Assembly: GCF_902459465.1 (NCBI RefSeq) | Contig: NC_047082.1 | Span: 1,984,001-2,048,000 of the forward strand | Direction: 5' to 3' | DNA length: 64,000 bases | Origin: Asterias rubens | Taxonomy: Eukaryota | Shown here: in pieces, positions 49,551 through 61,058 of the stretch | Layout: each line of letters starts with the position of its first letter | How positions within the stretch are numbered: position 1 is the first letter of the stretch | Made by a program: the position numbers and the translations under genes | Notes under the pieces: generated by a model | What the model was told of the DNA's origin: nothing | Databases searched by the model: none | Seen by the model: the letters and a program-made list of their open reading frames with translations, nothing else

Positions 49551-50498
49551 ATGTCGCTGTTCTCAACTAATGTCTTGGGTTTACAAATCAAGAGATGGCG
49601 CTTGTTTGATGTGGAGACGACCATGAAGCGCAAAGCAGAAAACGACATCAACGTCAAGATGCTGCACTGGGAGTTAGAAAAACAGATGAAGATACATGAG
49701 GAGATCAAACGCCGGAAGATAGAGAACCAGCTCCGGGATGATGACGCAATTAACTACAATTGGCTTCGACGGGACGCCCTCATGCGTCCAGAGTTAGAGA
49801 TGTCAAACAGTATGAAGCAGGAGTTTCAAGATCTCTGTGAGAGAACGAGGCCGTCAGATATGAATCAAATAACGAAGACTATTTCAAGATTACTTCAAAG
49901 CAAAGAACCAGCTCCAGAGGATGTACCGAGAATTTTCGTCAACGTCCTTCGTTCGTTTGTTCCTGATGATGATAATGATGATACACGAAAACAGAGCATC
50001 GTGCACAGATTAATCTCCGGATCATTGAGGCGTTTAAAAAGAACAAACAAAATCGATCACAATAATGACACAGAAACAAAAGTAAAATCTTTATCGAATG
50101 GAGACGTTGAGGGCAGTACAGCTTGCAGAGACCACTTGCTTTTTGCAGGTAAGAGCAGGCTGCATTGTCTAATCAACTTGGAGAACGAGACTCATCCGAT
50201 GACAAACTTTGACATGCCGTTTAGTAAACGTGTGAGAAATGACGCAGATACAATATCTTTAAGCAACACAGGCAATACAACGAGGCATCATTCTGAAGCA
50301 TGGACAAGCCGCATTGAAGAAGTTACACCAGATCCAGAGAATCTTGACTACCAGACCACTGGAGACAATGTCTTAACTGAGGCTGGTTATTCACGTGTAG
50401 CGAGTGATATGGAGGTAGTTGACCTGGCTTCCGCCTCGTCCTCAGAGGAGGGTCATGTAGATAAACACGGTACACTAAGTGCGTCATTGCCCGTGTGA
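49551..50498 (+). CDS. RD3: RD3 (retinal degeneration 3)-domain protein with long low-complexity C-terminal extension, 315 aa
   Basis: LHWELEKQMK...INYNWL...QEFQDLCERTRPS...EPAPEDVPRIFVNVL aligns with human RD3 LMMELTGQMR...VDYSWL...LQLEDVCVKIHPS...EPEVQEVSQLFRSVL. Candidate 5' UTR intron 49091-49536. Confidence 0.8.
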   Translation: MSLFSTNVLGLQIKRWRLFDVETTMKRKAENDINVKMLHWELEKQMKIHEEIKRRKIENQLRDDDAINYNWLRRDALMRPELEMSNSMKQEFQDLCERTRPSDMNQITKTISRLLQSKEPAPEDVPRIFVNVLRSFVPDDDNDDTRKQSIVHRLISGSLRRLKRTNKIDHNNDTETKVKSLSNGDVEGSTACRDHLLFAGKSRLHCLINLENETHPMTNFDMPFSKRVRNDADTISLSNTGNTTRHHSEAWTSRIEEVTPDPENLDYQTTGDNVLTEAGYSRVASDMEVVDLASASSSEEGHVDKHGTLSASLPV

Positions 50499-51672
50499 AG
50501 ACTTACTAATCCCTGTATCCCATTTGCCATCGTTTAATTGAATTTGAAACAATAAATTTTAGTCTGCCAAAAGTAAATAATAATTGTTGAGATCATGCCC
50601 ATAATAGTTTTCTGTTTCTGAGGGGTTGTTGTTTTCAGGCGCATCGGTGTACATGGGATTGTAAAAACATTTTTCAAAGAGACGTTTTTCTCTTTTATAT
50701 TATCAAATGAACCATTCATTGCCATCTTAAAAAGCCCTCGGTCGAATCCAACAACCCCAATACTATCATCAAACTTTTGTTTTTAGAAATAAAGAATCTT
50801 TACAAAACTGCATTTTAGGAAGAAAATGTATGTAGATCATGAGACATGATTTTAATAAGAGCACTTGAAATAATTATTTAAGTTTTCAGCCATAATGTAA
50901 TGCTGCATTGACAGTGGTTAACAAAGTAATAAAAGTGTACAAAAAATAGCTGTGCAAATAAACTTCTCTCTAGTCAGCAATAGTTTCTATTACATTTTGT
51001 CTTTGATACGTTTTAAGCAAAACAGCTTAAGCAAATGGGCACAACTTTTAACACTTTTTTTTTTTAACAATTGAAGAAGAGTTTAGAATTATTTTGGTAA
51101 GCATTCGTTGTGACTATCGATAAACTAATGACAAATCGAGTCGGTGGAGTTTCACACTTTGAAAAATAAACAATAATACTTTGTTATTTTCCAATTGGAA
51201 AACTTAAAATATATAATTAATTTTATAGCAGTGAATTGCAAAGAAATTAAGCCAAATAGTCTGTTTGTATATAAATGATTATATACATTATACATTTTTA
51301 TTAATTCTCAAAAATTATGTATGGAGTAATAGGCCTACTTAGAAAATACAATTATTGTCCAAAATTTTGTCATTATTGATTGTGGCAGCAGAGAGATCGA
51401 TTGCAGTTATTTTACGTAATTTTGAGCTTGCCCATGCTTCCGCGATCAATGGAATATGGTAACAAGGCTGCTGCTACATTGGATCCACTAAAGTCCAATT
51501 ACTTTTAATAACAAATGGAAATCGTCACAAGAGCTGTAACGAAAGTACCTTTTAAGCCGAGATTTATAAGAAAAGTGGAAATGGAACACGGATAGCAACA
51601 TTTTCGTTAGTTGAAAAGTGTTTCGTAAACGGATCGGTCATTTGTCGAGACAGGTTGTTGACTGAGAGTAGA

Positions 51673-54600
51673 CTACATGACCGCTGCAGCGGTCTGCACG
51701 GCCGCTCGTTTTGCTCGTCTCTTTAAGTCTTTAGCATCCTGTGCTTTCTTTGCGTTGTCAACAAAACTCTAAAATAAAAAGAGAGTAGAAATCCACATTA
51801 AAAGGAGATAGAATATTGGAAATTTATTTTAAAACTGCCACACAATGGTGTTTCCCTTACCATGAGATTTTTGCTCATGAAATACGGCTTGGAGATGCCG
51901 TCATTTCGTTCACAGTCTTCGCAGAAACAGAGGAACAGCGTGTCAATCGCCATCTAGGAAAAATAAACCATTGAGATAGTAATTGTCAACAGAATACTTC
52001 AATTAAATCCAAGCTGTAATTCAATTCAATACTTCAGAAAATTTCAAAAAATACATAACAACATTTCTAGAACATTACCTCATAAACTGACAGAAAGATG
52101 TGGCTGAGAAGAAAGGCAAAGATGGCGGCCAGGGTGAGCGGTACAAACTCGTAGTGTATGTCCGGCTTGTCCTGTAAAACATAAACAAATTCACCATCAT
52201 GTTAATTATGTCCTTCATTAAAGTCTCCAGCCCTTGAAGAGTTTTGAAATGTTGAAACTTGCCGATAGAAACTCGGTGCTTATTGATTGACACTTGTGTT
52301 TTATTTTGTTTATGAAATGGCAAAACACAGTTTTAAAATGACTGTAGAAAAATACTGTGCATAGGATAGACTAATAAACACTGCTTCTTTTTGAGCATGT
52401 ATTAAATTTTAGCGACATTGTTATGCTCTTGAAAGACTGATTTACCTTGAAGAACTGCATACCAATGACAACGACCACGGCGACAACGACTGCCTTGCCG
52501 AGAAGAAGAACGAAATCACCCACTGAGTTGATGGCAGCGACACGCAATACGTTGGCAACGAGGAGGGAGAACGCCTTCTGTGCAGCCTTACAAAAACCGT
52601 ATCCGTAGATTGCTGGATGTTAATATGAAACATAAAGCATACATTAATATTTACTGCACCATAATAGATTTCTTATTTCATTGTGTATCAATGTGCCAAA
52701 ACACAGAGTCAACTTCGTTCCAAACGATATCGGCCCATCGTCCCCAACCTTCATGCATGTCATATTTTTAGGACAAGATGTCCGGAAATCATCCCAAAGA
52801 GCAATTGGAACATTTGGTGTGAGCTATTCTTAAACAGCGGCTCAAACGTTCAGCTTTTATTTCCATCTCATTTTTCCAATAACTGGAGATGCAAGGTAGA
52901 CATAAGCATTCATCAGTCTAACGCGAATGCATAACCTACTTTATAGGTTAGTTTCCAAAGTAGTCTTTGCACCTGCGAGATCTTACCGATTTCAATGTAT
53001 GCGTTCCTGTTGATGAAGCGAAGAACTTTCTCGAAAAGCCAAAGGCAACACTGTAGGCATTTAATGATGTAAGCCACTATGTCACTCTGTGAGTGACGAA
53101 GTCTGTCAGAAAAAGGAGAAACGAATTAAGTTACACAGGAGGTTCTTCAACACCTTTAAAAAGAAGAGTTATGATATATTTACTTCTTCGGGAAGAAAAA
53201 AGTGACAAAAGGAGCTTCAATGTTCAAAAACAATGGATTTTAGTTACAGAGCTCTTGACATTGTATCTTTAGTTTAACCGCCACCTTTATACAAAGATAC
53301 TGTGACAACATTATTCAACGTGTACAGTTTACAAAATGATAATGATAAATGTATAGATTTTGTTCTTTTTCCTTCAGAAAAGTATTTCAACTTTCGAAAC
53401 TCCATTTTATGAAACATGCAAAGGAGGAACCACAAGCAGAACCTACCTTGATTGAATGTAGCCCAGGATAATACGAGCCATCATGACAAGAGCGATGATG
53501 AAAGATCCAAATGCTAAAGATCCAATATGATATCTGCCAATAATAAACATATCAACCCATCAGTGTTAGAGAGTCAAATAAGATCCAATATGATATCTGC
53601 CAATAATAAACAAATCAACCCATCAGTGTTAGACAGTCAAATAAGATCCAATATGATATCTGCCAATAATAAACATATCAACCCATCAGTGTTAGACAGT
53701 CAAATAAGATCCAATATGATATCTGCCAATAATAAACATATCAACCCATCAGTGTTAGACAGTCAAATAAGATCCAATATGATATCTGCCAATAATAAAC
53801 ATATCAACCCATCAGTGTTAGACAGTCAAATAAGGTCATACAAAACACACTAAGAATTGATGAGATAAAGACACATCACAACATAATGTTTTGTGAAATT
53901 CTTATCGATGGAATGTGCCCACCCCCCTTAATTAAAAATAAAATAAAAAAATAAATAAAAGCCGACAAAAAATATATATTTATTACGATCGATAGTACAT
54001 AAACATTCTCATTTTAGAATACACGGTAAAAAGGGAAAATTGCCAATTCCCCAATTTCAAAAATTACAAACCCTCGATAAAACAAAAAGCTAACCTGATA
54101 ATTCGTTGCACTGATTTCATTATAGGCCAGTTGAGTTGACTTTTGTCACGAGCAAAGAACCAGGCTGCCACAGCGCCCGCTATGGCGCATTGTTGACAGG
54201 CCAAGAGGAATTGAGATCCCCAGAGTAACCCGAAGAGATGGTACCACCACATGTACTGTATGTAAGGAGGAAGAGGACGAGTTGAACACAGAGAAAGGAG
54301 TGCATTGTCAAGGTTCATTATAGGTAAGTAAGATTTTATCATAATGTAGTTGTGGGACCTAGTTGTGAGTGACAATAACTAAATTCACATCTGGCGTGGA
54401 CAAGACATGTTTGAAGACATGCAATGTGTCAAATCGCACTGTAGTACCATAAGTACATTCCTGAATACCGTTGTAACTGTAAGTAATTACTGCTTCAACA
54501 AAAAGCTTGACCCCGCAACAATGGACACAACTCGATCCCATGTCAAGGAATAACAATAGGACATTTCCACGGGTCATTGGTCTGCTTTGTAGGAACATTG

Positions 54601-57600
54601 GGTGCGTTCGTTTAGCTTCCCTGGGTCGACCCCGGTATGTGGCGGTTTTTTTTCCAGGACGAACGTGGGTAATTATCTGCACACGTTCGTCCTGGAAAAA
54701 GAAAACGCCACACATCGGGGTCGACCCGGGGAAGCTAATCGAACGCACCACTGTTGCTCTTTGCGTTCAAATCCATTCAGCGCAACTGTGTTAAAATCCA
54801 GTTTTCCTGTGAACAACTTTTCAGTTTTGCGTTGTAATAAAAACAAAAACCTTCTTTTATTTATTTAATAGTGTTCAAACAATTCGTTGGCAGTTGGAAT
54901 AATGTCATAAGAGGGTTTATACTAATTAATATTTACCCTTCATTTTGATTGTCATTGTTTTTGTCTTCCAATGACAACTTATGTAGGCCTATTTACTCAA
55001 TCAAAATGACCAACGAACCGATAAAATCACAAAATTAATCCAAGAAATCAACAGTCAAAAGAATATGAAAACAGAATTCAGTTAAAAGTTCACCGGGGCA
55101 AGTTGATCCGACTTGTAAGTAACGTATCCAGTTTCTTTGTCGAGTTCAGGATGACCGGCAGTGACGAGATACAGGTATACGAAGCCCCAATAGGCAATCA
55201 AAACAGCTAGGGCAAGGAGGGTCTGTATAAATAAGAGAAAAACAAGTTTTTAATTTGTCATGAAAATTACAACAAAATGCTGGACAATTTTTGGTCTTCG
55301 CATTTTCCATAAAATACTTTGAACGCATAATTTGTTATGAGGCTTACTTTGAGACTTGTTTTGTCATGATTGATCTGAACAATGTGGTGTATGTTTATAA
55401 GTGTAAACAAAAATAAATAACAACTAAATCAAAATAATATGCAATATAATAATTTAATATTTTTCATTGTTTCGCCTTTCTTGTTGATGCTTGACATTCT
55501 TTTAAAGGCACGAGACACTATTAGAAATTACTCAAAATAATGTTCAGCATTAAAACTTACTTGGTTACAATCAATGGAGAGCTGTTGATAGTATAAAACA
55601 TTGTTCGAAACGGCTCTTACTGAAGTAATGTGGTTTTCGAGAACGAAATTGTCCACTAAAATATTTGAATTTGATTTCGAGACCTCAGAATTATGTATTG
55701 ATGTACCGAAATCAAGCATCTGAAAGCACACGACTTTGTGATACAAGGGTGTTTTTCTTCCATTATTTTATCGCGACTTCGACGACCATTATTGAGTTCA
55801 AACTTTCACATTTTGTTATTTTTGTTAATTATGTGAGATATATCAAGTGAGACGACTGGCCTTTGACAATTACCTAAGGTGTACCGTGTCTCTAAAAGAT
55901 AACAAACATAGGGTGCGTTCGTTTAGCTTCCCTGGGTCGACCCCGTCGTGTGGCGTTTTTTTTTTCCAGGACGAACGTGTGCAGATAATTACCCACGTTC
56001 GTCCTTAAAAAAAAAACCGCCACCCATAATGTATTGACTTACCCATACTGGTTGAAGGAGAAGGAATGGCATAGATGCTACCGCCCTGCCTGCCTCCTTG
56101 AATAGCGCCACCACTAGGGCAATCCGTTTGCGCATGACGAGGAGCACCAAGAGAAGAATGACCTGGAAATTCAATCCAGTCATTACAAATGATTTAAACT
56201 TATAGATAAAGGTTACGCTGGTGGGTTTGAGACCAGGGCCGACTCATCAAGGATATAAGCACAAAAATTGCTAAGCATAGAAAAGTATTGCTTAACAGAA
56301 ACAGGTAGCCAGCCCAAATTAAGGTTTATATAGTTGTGACTGCATTGGTGCCCATGTCAGATGCAACTGTGTCCGCCATGCAATACTGTCCGCTCCGGAA
56401 ACTTTTGCATATGGGGCCGGGGCTATGCAAAAACCGTACGTGTACGTGCTGCGCACGTAAGCGAGCGTGCATGCACTGAACCTACAGACATGCAGCATGA
56501 ATATTCGCGTATTTAACGATTGCAGCGAATACCCAACGGCCGAAAATTTCACATGTCATTCATGACATGCACTTACAGCTTTTATATACCGTCGACCAAG
56601 GGCGTTTAATTTACTGCAAGGTCGGTTTGGCACGGGGCGGACACAACTGCATATGCAAATGTGTCCGGGCGGACACAATTGCATTATGTAGCAGCGTCCG
56701 GGCGGACAAGATTGCATATGCAAAACCGTCCGGCGGACAGTAATGTATATGCAATAATGTCCTCCGGATAGTATTTCATAGAGGACATAATTGCATGCGA
56801 CACCTATTCAATTTTTGCTTTGCAAAGAATTTTGTCAAGCAGTATTTTCTTCTAAACAGCTTTTTTTACGATGGGCCCTGAATTGTTCGAATTCACTGGA
56901 TAAAACTGTTGTAAACTACAGACAACACTACAGTAAACTACATACACAAATCCAGTAACCCTTACCGTCACTCCACTAGCTACTCCTGCATAAATCAGCA
57001 TGGTTTTCACTGTATGGTCTTGTTCATCTTTAGACGCTTTGAAAAATAAGAAAAACACAACAAGTTTATACATTAAGTTTACATTGCTGGTAACTGGTGT
57101 CCAACTCAATTTTTTATGACCAACGAAAATGTCAAGCAGTATTTTCTGCTTATTTTAAAAGATTTATGAAATAGGAGACTTTCCAACGCTAGGCGGCAGC
57201 AGACATACCGGGTAAATTTCCATTGTTTACGTAGTTCTGAACATGCGCACAATTCTGAGAACAATGGATTTACCCGGTAAGTCTGCTGCCCTCTATCGTC
57301 CCAGAAAGTCTCCCATTGGGCACTGCACGTTAAGTCAATTAACCAAATATAGGATGTTGGTGAAACTAGTCTGGTGCCGTATTGTTACAGTCAGTATTTT
57401 GCTATTTTATTATACACGAAACAATACAACCAGCACTGACTCCAACCTCCAATATTTCAACCTTACGATCTGATGGCAGATATGTCTGTAGTATAGCGTT
57501 CTCCAGCCACCATAGGTACCACAGATATCCTGATCCCCCAAGACTTCCTACTATGAAACCACATACTACCGTCCATATAAGAACCCCGGCAAAGAATCGT

Positions 57601-60600
57601 AGAAGGACTAGCACCACCAAGGATAGACCTGGTATGTCAAGTAAACAAGAAACAAAGGTGTTCAAGAGTTAGTACTTATTTTTTGAAAAGATTAATTTAT
57701 TCACACCGTGGAAATTCGTACAATTTAAAAATATCATTAAAATGCTCATCAAACAGGAAACCAATATTACATCGTAATAGATGTTAAATTTTGCATCGGG
57801 GATAAAGAATATTAATTTTTGTTTTTACCCATACACCGATGTGTGTTAGCACTGTATACTCAGTACTTTCCCGAGTCCTGTGAAAAAATATCACAGGCAT
57901 GTTACTCGGGTGGGATTCGAACCCACGACCCTTGCAATTCTAGAGCAGTGTCTTACCAACTAGACTACCGAGGTTGCCCGGCAGCTAGAGGCAGTTCGAA
58001 TCCTATGTTTTGGCAGCGGGTACCGCAACGATATAATAGATGTTAAATTTTGCATCGGGGATAAAGAATATTAATTTGTGTTTTTATATTTAATCAATTA
58101 AAGTTTTCTTTACACCAATGTTTGGAACTCTTTTGACCAATATTATACAAAGTTTCTTTAGTGATACTTATTTCCAATGTATATCTTTTGTCAGTCATTG
58201 AAATCGCTAGCTTCCCACCTTTGGATGCCCCGATGTTTTATCAGAATACAATTGCTAAAAGTTGCTTTTTGGAAAACAAAGGCGACACAAAAGAACACTT
58301 GTTGCATTTGCTCTAAGAAATGAAATTTTAACAAGAAAAACTTAAATAAAAGGTTAACAGCGCACTAAATGGGAGGAAAGTCCTCTACATTTTAATTTTT
58401 ACCGAAAGAAATTGCACAAAGGTAGAGTATCTCACGCCAAGAGTTCTCAACGTCAGTGGCCGCTCTCTGATGGCAAAAAGTTAAGGAAAGTTTATAATTG
58501 TCTCATAGTAGTTATAATTCAAATTTTGATATACTTTTATTTTCATGCACTCAGTAGATGATGAAAACACCTGTTGTTAATTGCATGATTCATTGGGTGT
58601 GGCCCACTATATTGTTCTTGAGGGGGTTACCGGGTTGATTGATGAAGGATATTATTCTGACCTTAATCAAAACAAAAATGAATGACAATTGAGTATTGGA
58701 GTTGTATTTCAGGCCTGGAATTTCATCTTTGAGAGAGCACAATTTGAAAAGGGCACTTCCATTGGACAATTTTAAAGTCAATGGGAAACTTTTTAAGGGG
58801 CACCAAGGCCAAGGGAAGGGCGGAGTTTTCAAAATGTATACGACATGTATTCAAACTAAATGTTAATCGAGGTGACTTACCTTTAGCCAGTCTGTATCAA
58901 TCATGGAGGATGCAATGCTTATAGCTGCAGATGGAATGCAGCGATTCAAGATTGGGACACTGTGGACAAATCACCAAAATAATAAAATACCTTTATAGTG
59001 GATGATTTGAAAGATAAACACCCATAACAACCCCCTTGTAGTTCAAATGATGCATACATCGTTGGATAAGAGTACTGATAGTCTGATACTTCAAAATCAT
59101 CCTGTGCATCTTTCATCTTTGCATTGTTGTGTAGTTTCTTTAGAACACAGAAATTTAACCTTTGTTCAATGTTGCTCGTACTTTTGACCGCATGAGGGCG
59201 CTTTCAACTTGAAATTTCTTTGCATCACAACATCTTTTTTTGACTGCCTTTTTATGTTTTCTTGTATCAATGGCAAATGAACAAGTACGAAGAAGACGAG
59301 AGTTCATTTTACTCACATGGTTCATACTTCAAACTGAATCTTAAGATTTTCTTAAAACTGACACTTAGAAGTAAGGTTAATTAAAAAATATATAAAAATG
59401 ACAACGTTTTAAGTCCATTGTATTACCTGGCAAGAACAGGTGTATTTGGGCATGGTGCATTGTCTCCTTGCTCTGCCGTATCATAATCATCTATTGTGAC
59501 GTTGTATTCACACAGGAAGATGGAGCGATTCCTTGCTAGTTCGATGACGTCACTCATGAAGAGGAGCGTAGTTTCAGGGCATGCTGAGACGCAAATTGTT
59601 TTCCCCGGTTTGAGTGGATTTTTGATGGCGTCCGAGTTGAACATGAACACGAAGCTGAGGGGTAAGATACAAGTGCTTTTAATTTTAAAACCGACTCACA
59701 CAAAACTGTACATAACATTCGGTCTAGGACTCCATATTTAGCACTGATAATACAAACTTCCTTTGCTGCAATTTATTTGATGGCATTCTGATATAGATCT
59801 CGGTTAAGCACCAAGCCAAAGTCGGTTGTGATACTCGTGTGTTAATAGGCTGATGGCCACATCAAAAAGGGTTGCTGCGACTGTTGCTGGCTGCGGCTGT
59901 GCAGTAGGTAGGGGCTTAGCACATTATTTGCTAGAGGACTTTCATTTTTGTGCAAATACTCGTGTGACGTCATGTTTTCAGGACGGACAATTGTGTACCA
60001 TCTATGTACATCACAAGAACGTCTACCTACAAAAAAAAGAGTCGGTGTACTTTGGGCTGCTTTTTGTGCACGTTCGTGTTGTTAATGAGGATAACATTCT
60101 TACGGTTTGTCAGTAAGGTCAGTCCCGGAGAGCCGAACCCCGTCAATGTGCTGGTTTTGTCGGCCACAAACGTTCCCGAAGCTATCGGCACCAAAGATAA
60201 GCCGTTCTGGTTGGCCATCGCGGATTGACACCACAGCTACATAACCCTAACAGTGGTCAAAAAGAGGTGTTTCAATTCAATTTAATATTGATTCATATCA
60301 CACTTCTCGAAATAAGACATACAAAATATGTGGGTTTTGTAGATAATAATTATCTGAGGATGTGTGGGCAAAAGGGGGTTCTGAACATATGAGGCTGTGT
60401 GAGTAAGCCTCCTATACTCACCATTCCAACCCAGAACAGGAGGAAGATAATGAGACAAATGACGTCACGACAGCTACGGTCGGCAAGGGGTCCATCAAAA
60501 CCATCTTCAACGTCAACGTCATCAGTCTGGTTAAAGAGTTATATGAGGGGAAAACAGTAATGACGTGAAAACGTGTCAAAGAAACAAAAAGCTATATATA

Positions 60601-60739
60601 CGTGATGGAACATTATAGAACAATATCTACAGAAAAACTATGATTTTAACGATTACAAAAACTGTTGAAGAAAGTCCGTTAGATAGTCCGATACCTCAAC
60701 TGGCATTTCTCCGTTGCGTTCATCAATAGATATCGCCAT
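51673..60739 (-). CDS. SLC44A1: Choline transporter-like protein 1 (CTL1), 652 aa, 17 coding exons
   Basis: Minus-strand exons 60739-60695, 60526-60422, 60246-60104, 59654-59427, 58959-58881, 58466-58403, 57628-57467, 57036-56966, 56162-56043, 55222-55094, 54255-54095, 53533-53447, 53102-52987, 52612-52446, 52171-52079, 51953-51861, 51768-51673. Motifs include [57 protein letters not shown] and [11 protein letters not shown]. Confidence 0.93.
53518..53832. repeat. 63-bp x 5 tandem repeat overlapping an SLC44A1 splice acceptor
   Basis: Units start at 53518, 53581, 53644, 53707 and 53770, and are near identical (single substitutions in units 1 and 2). Confidence 0.97.
54601..54749. mobile_element. 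Fold-back palindromic MITE, 149 bp
   Basis: Nearly the whole element is one inverted repeat (ggtgcgttcgtttagcttccc...gggaagctaatcgaacgcacc) around a short loop. Confidence 0.85.
55506..55891 (+). mobile_element. Non-autonomous TIR element, same family as 31502-31879 (diverged subfamily), copy 2
   Basis: Shared internal blocks (aattactcaaaataa, tttgatttcgagacctcag, ctttgacaatta), TTAA/CTAA flanks and diverged TIRs. Confidence 0.8.
55911..56022. mobile_element. Second, truncated copy of the fold-back MITE in opposite orientation
   Basis: Same left arm. The loop gtgtgcagataattacccac is the reverse complement of the loop in copy 54601-54749. Confidence 0.8.
56353..56804 (-). mobile_element. ~450-bp non-autonomous TIR element with internal gtccgcc/tgcatatgca subrepeats, copy A
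   Basis: TIR-like ends (ca)tgtcagatgcaactgtgtcc / ggacataattgcatgcgacacc. Highly similar to 62520-62973 in inverted orientation. Confidence 0.82.
57775..58077 (-). mobile_element. tRNA-derived element bracketed by 44-bp direct repeats
   Basis: Exact repeat taatagatgttaaattttgcatcggggataaagaatattaattt at 57775-57818 and 58034-58077. The minus-strand tRNA-like core ~57905-57975 has an A-box (tagtctagttgg) and a B-box (ggttcgaatccc). Confidence 0.75.
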
Positions 60740-61024
60740 GGTGGTATTTTAACTTCCCTGTACACGGCCCTCCTGAGAAGGACCGGTAAACTTGAAGAAG
60801 AGATTACACGACGGCCGCTAGGGGGCCCTTCCCAATTTGCAACTATCTTTTGATGAGGTACCTGCCGCTCGACTGTGGAAGGTAGCCAGTAGCCGGCCTA
60901 CGATGTATGTGTGATGTTTGTTGCCGATTTGGGGCACTCGCGTGCGTTGAAAACTTAGAACACACGCCGCGCGTTTTGGAAACAGGCAAACAAACGTACG
61001 TAGCTGTGAGCATATTTTAAATTG

Positions 61025-61058
61025 TGACGTCAGAAAGTGACGTCAGAAAGTGACGTCA
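61025..61058. promoter_or_regulatory. Three tandem full CRE sites (TGACGTCA) in the putative SLC44A1 promoter
   Basis: gtgacgtcagaaa x2 plus gtgacgtcac, ~290 bp upstream of the ATG at 60739 in CpG-rich sequence, with CCAAT boxes nearby (~61102, ~61164-61175). Confidence 0.65.

Noticed and set aside
53518-53832. Possible CRISPR-like array
   Set aside because: The units are contiguous and near-identical with no unique spacers, there are no cas genes, and the context is eukaryotic.
53527-53853. 108-aa repetitive + strand ORF ([21 protein letters not shown])n
   Set aside because: It is a by-product of a 63-bp (multiple of 3) tandem repeat antisense to SLC44A1, with no independent gene signals.
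57905-57975. tRNA gene calls here and at ~35297-35364
   Set aside because: A and B boxes are present, but the anticodon and acceptor stems do not pair properly and the context is repeat-like, so they were treated as tRNA-derived elements.
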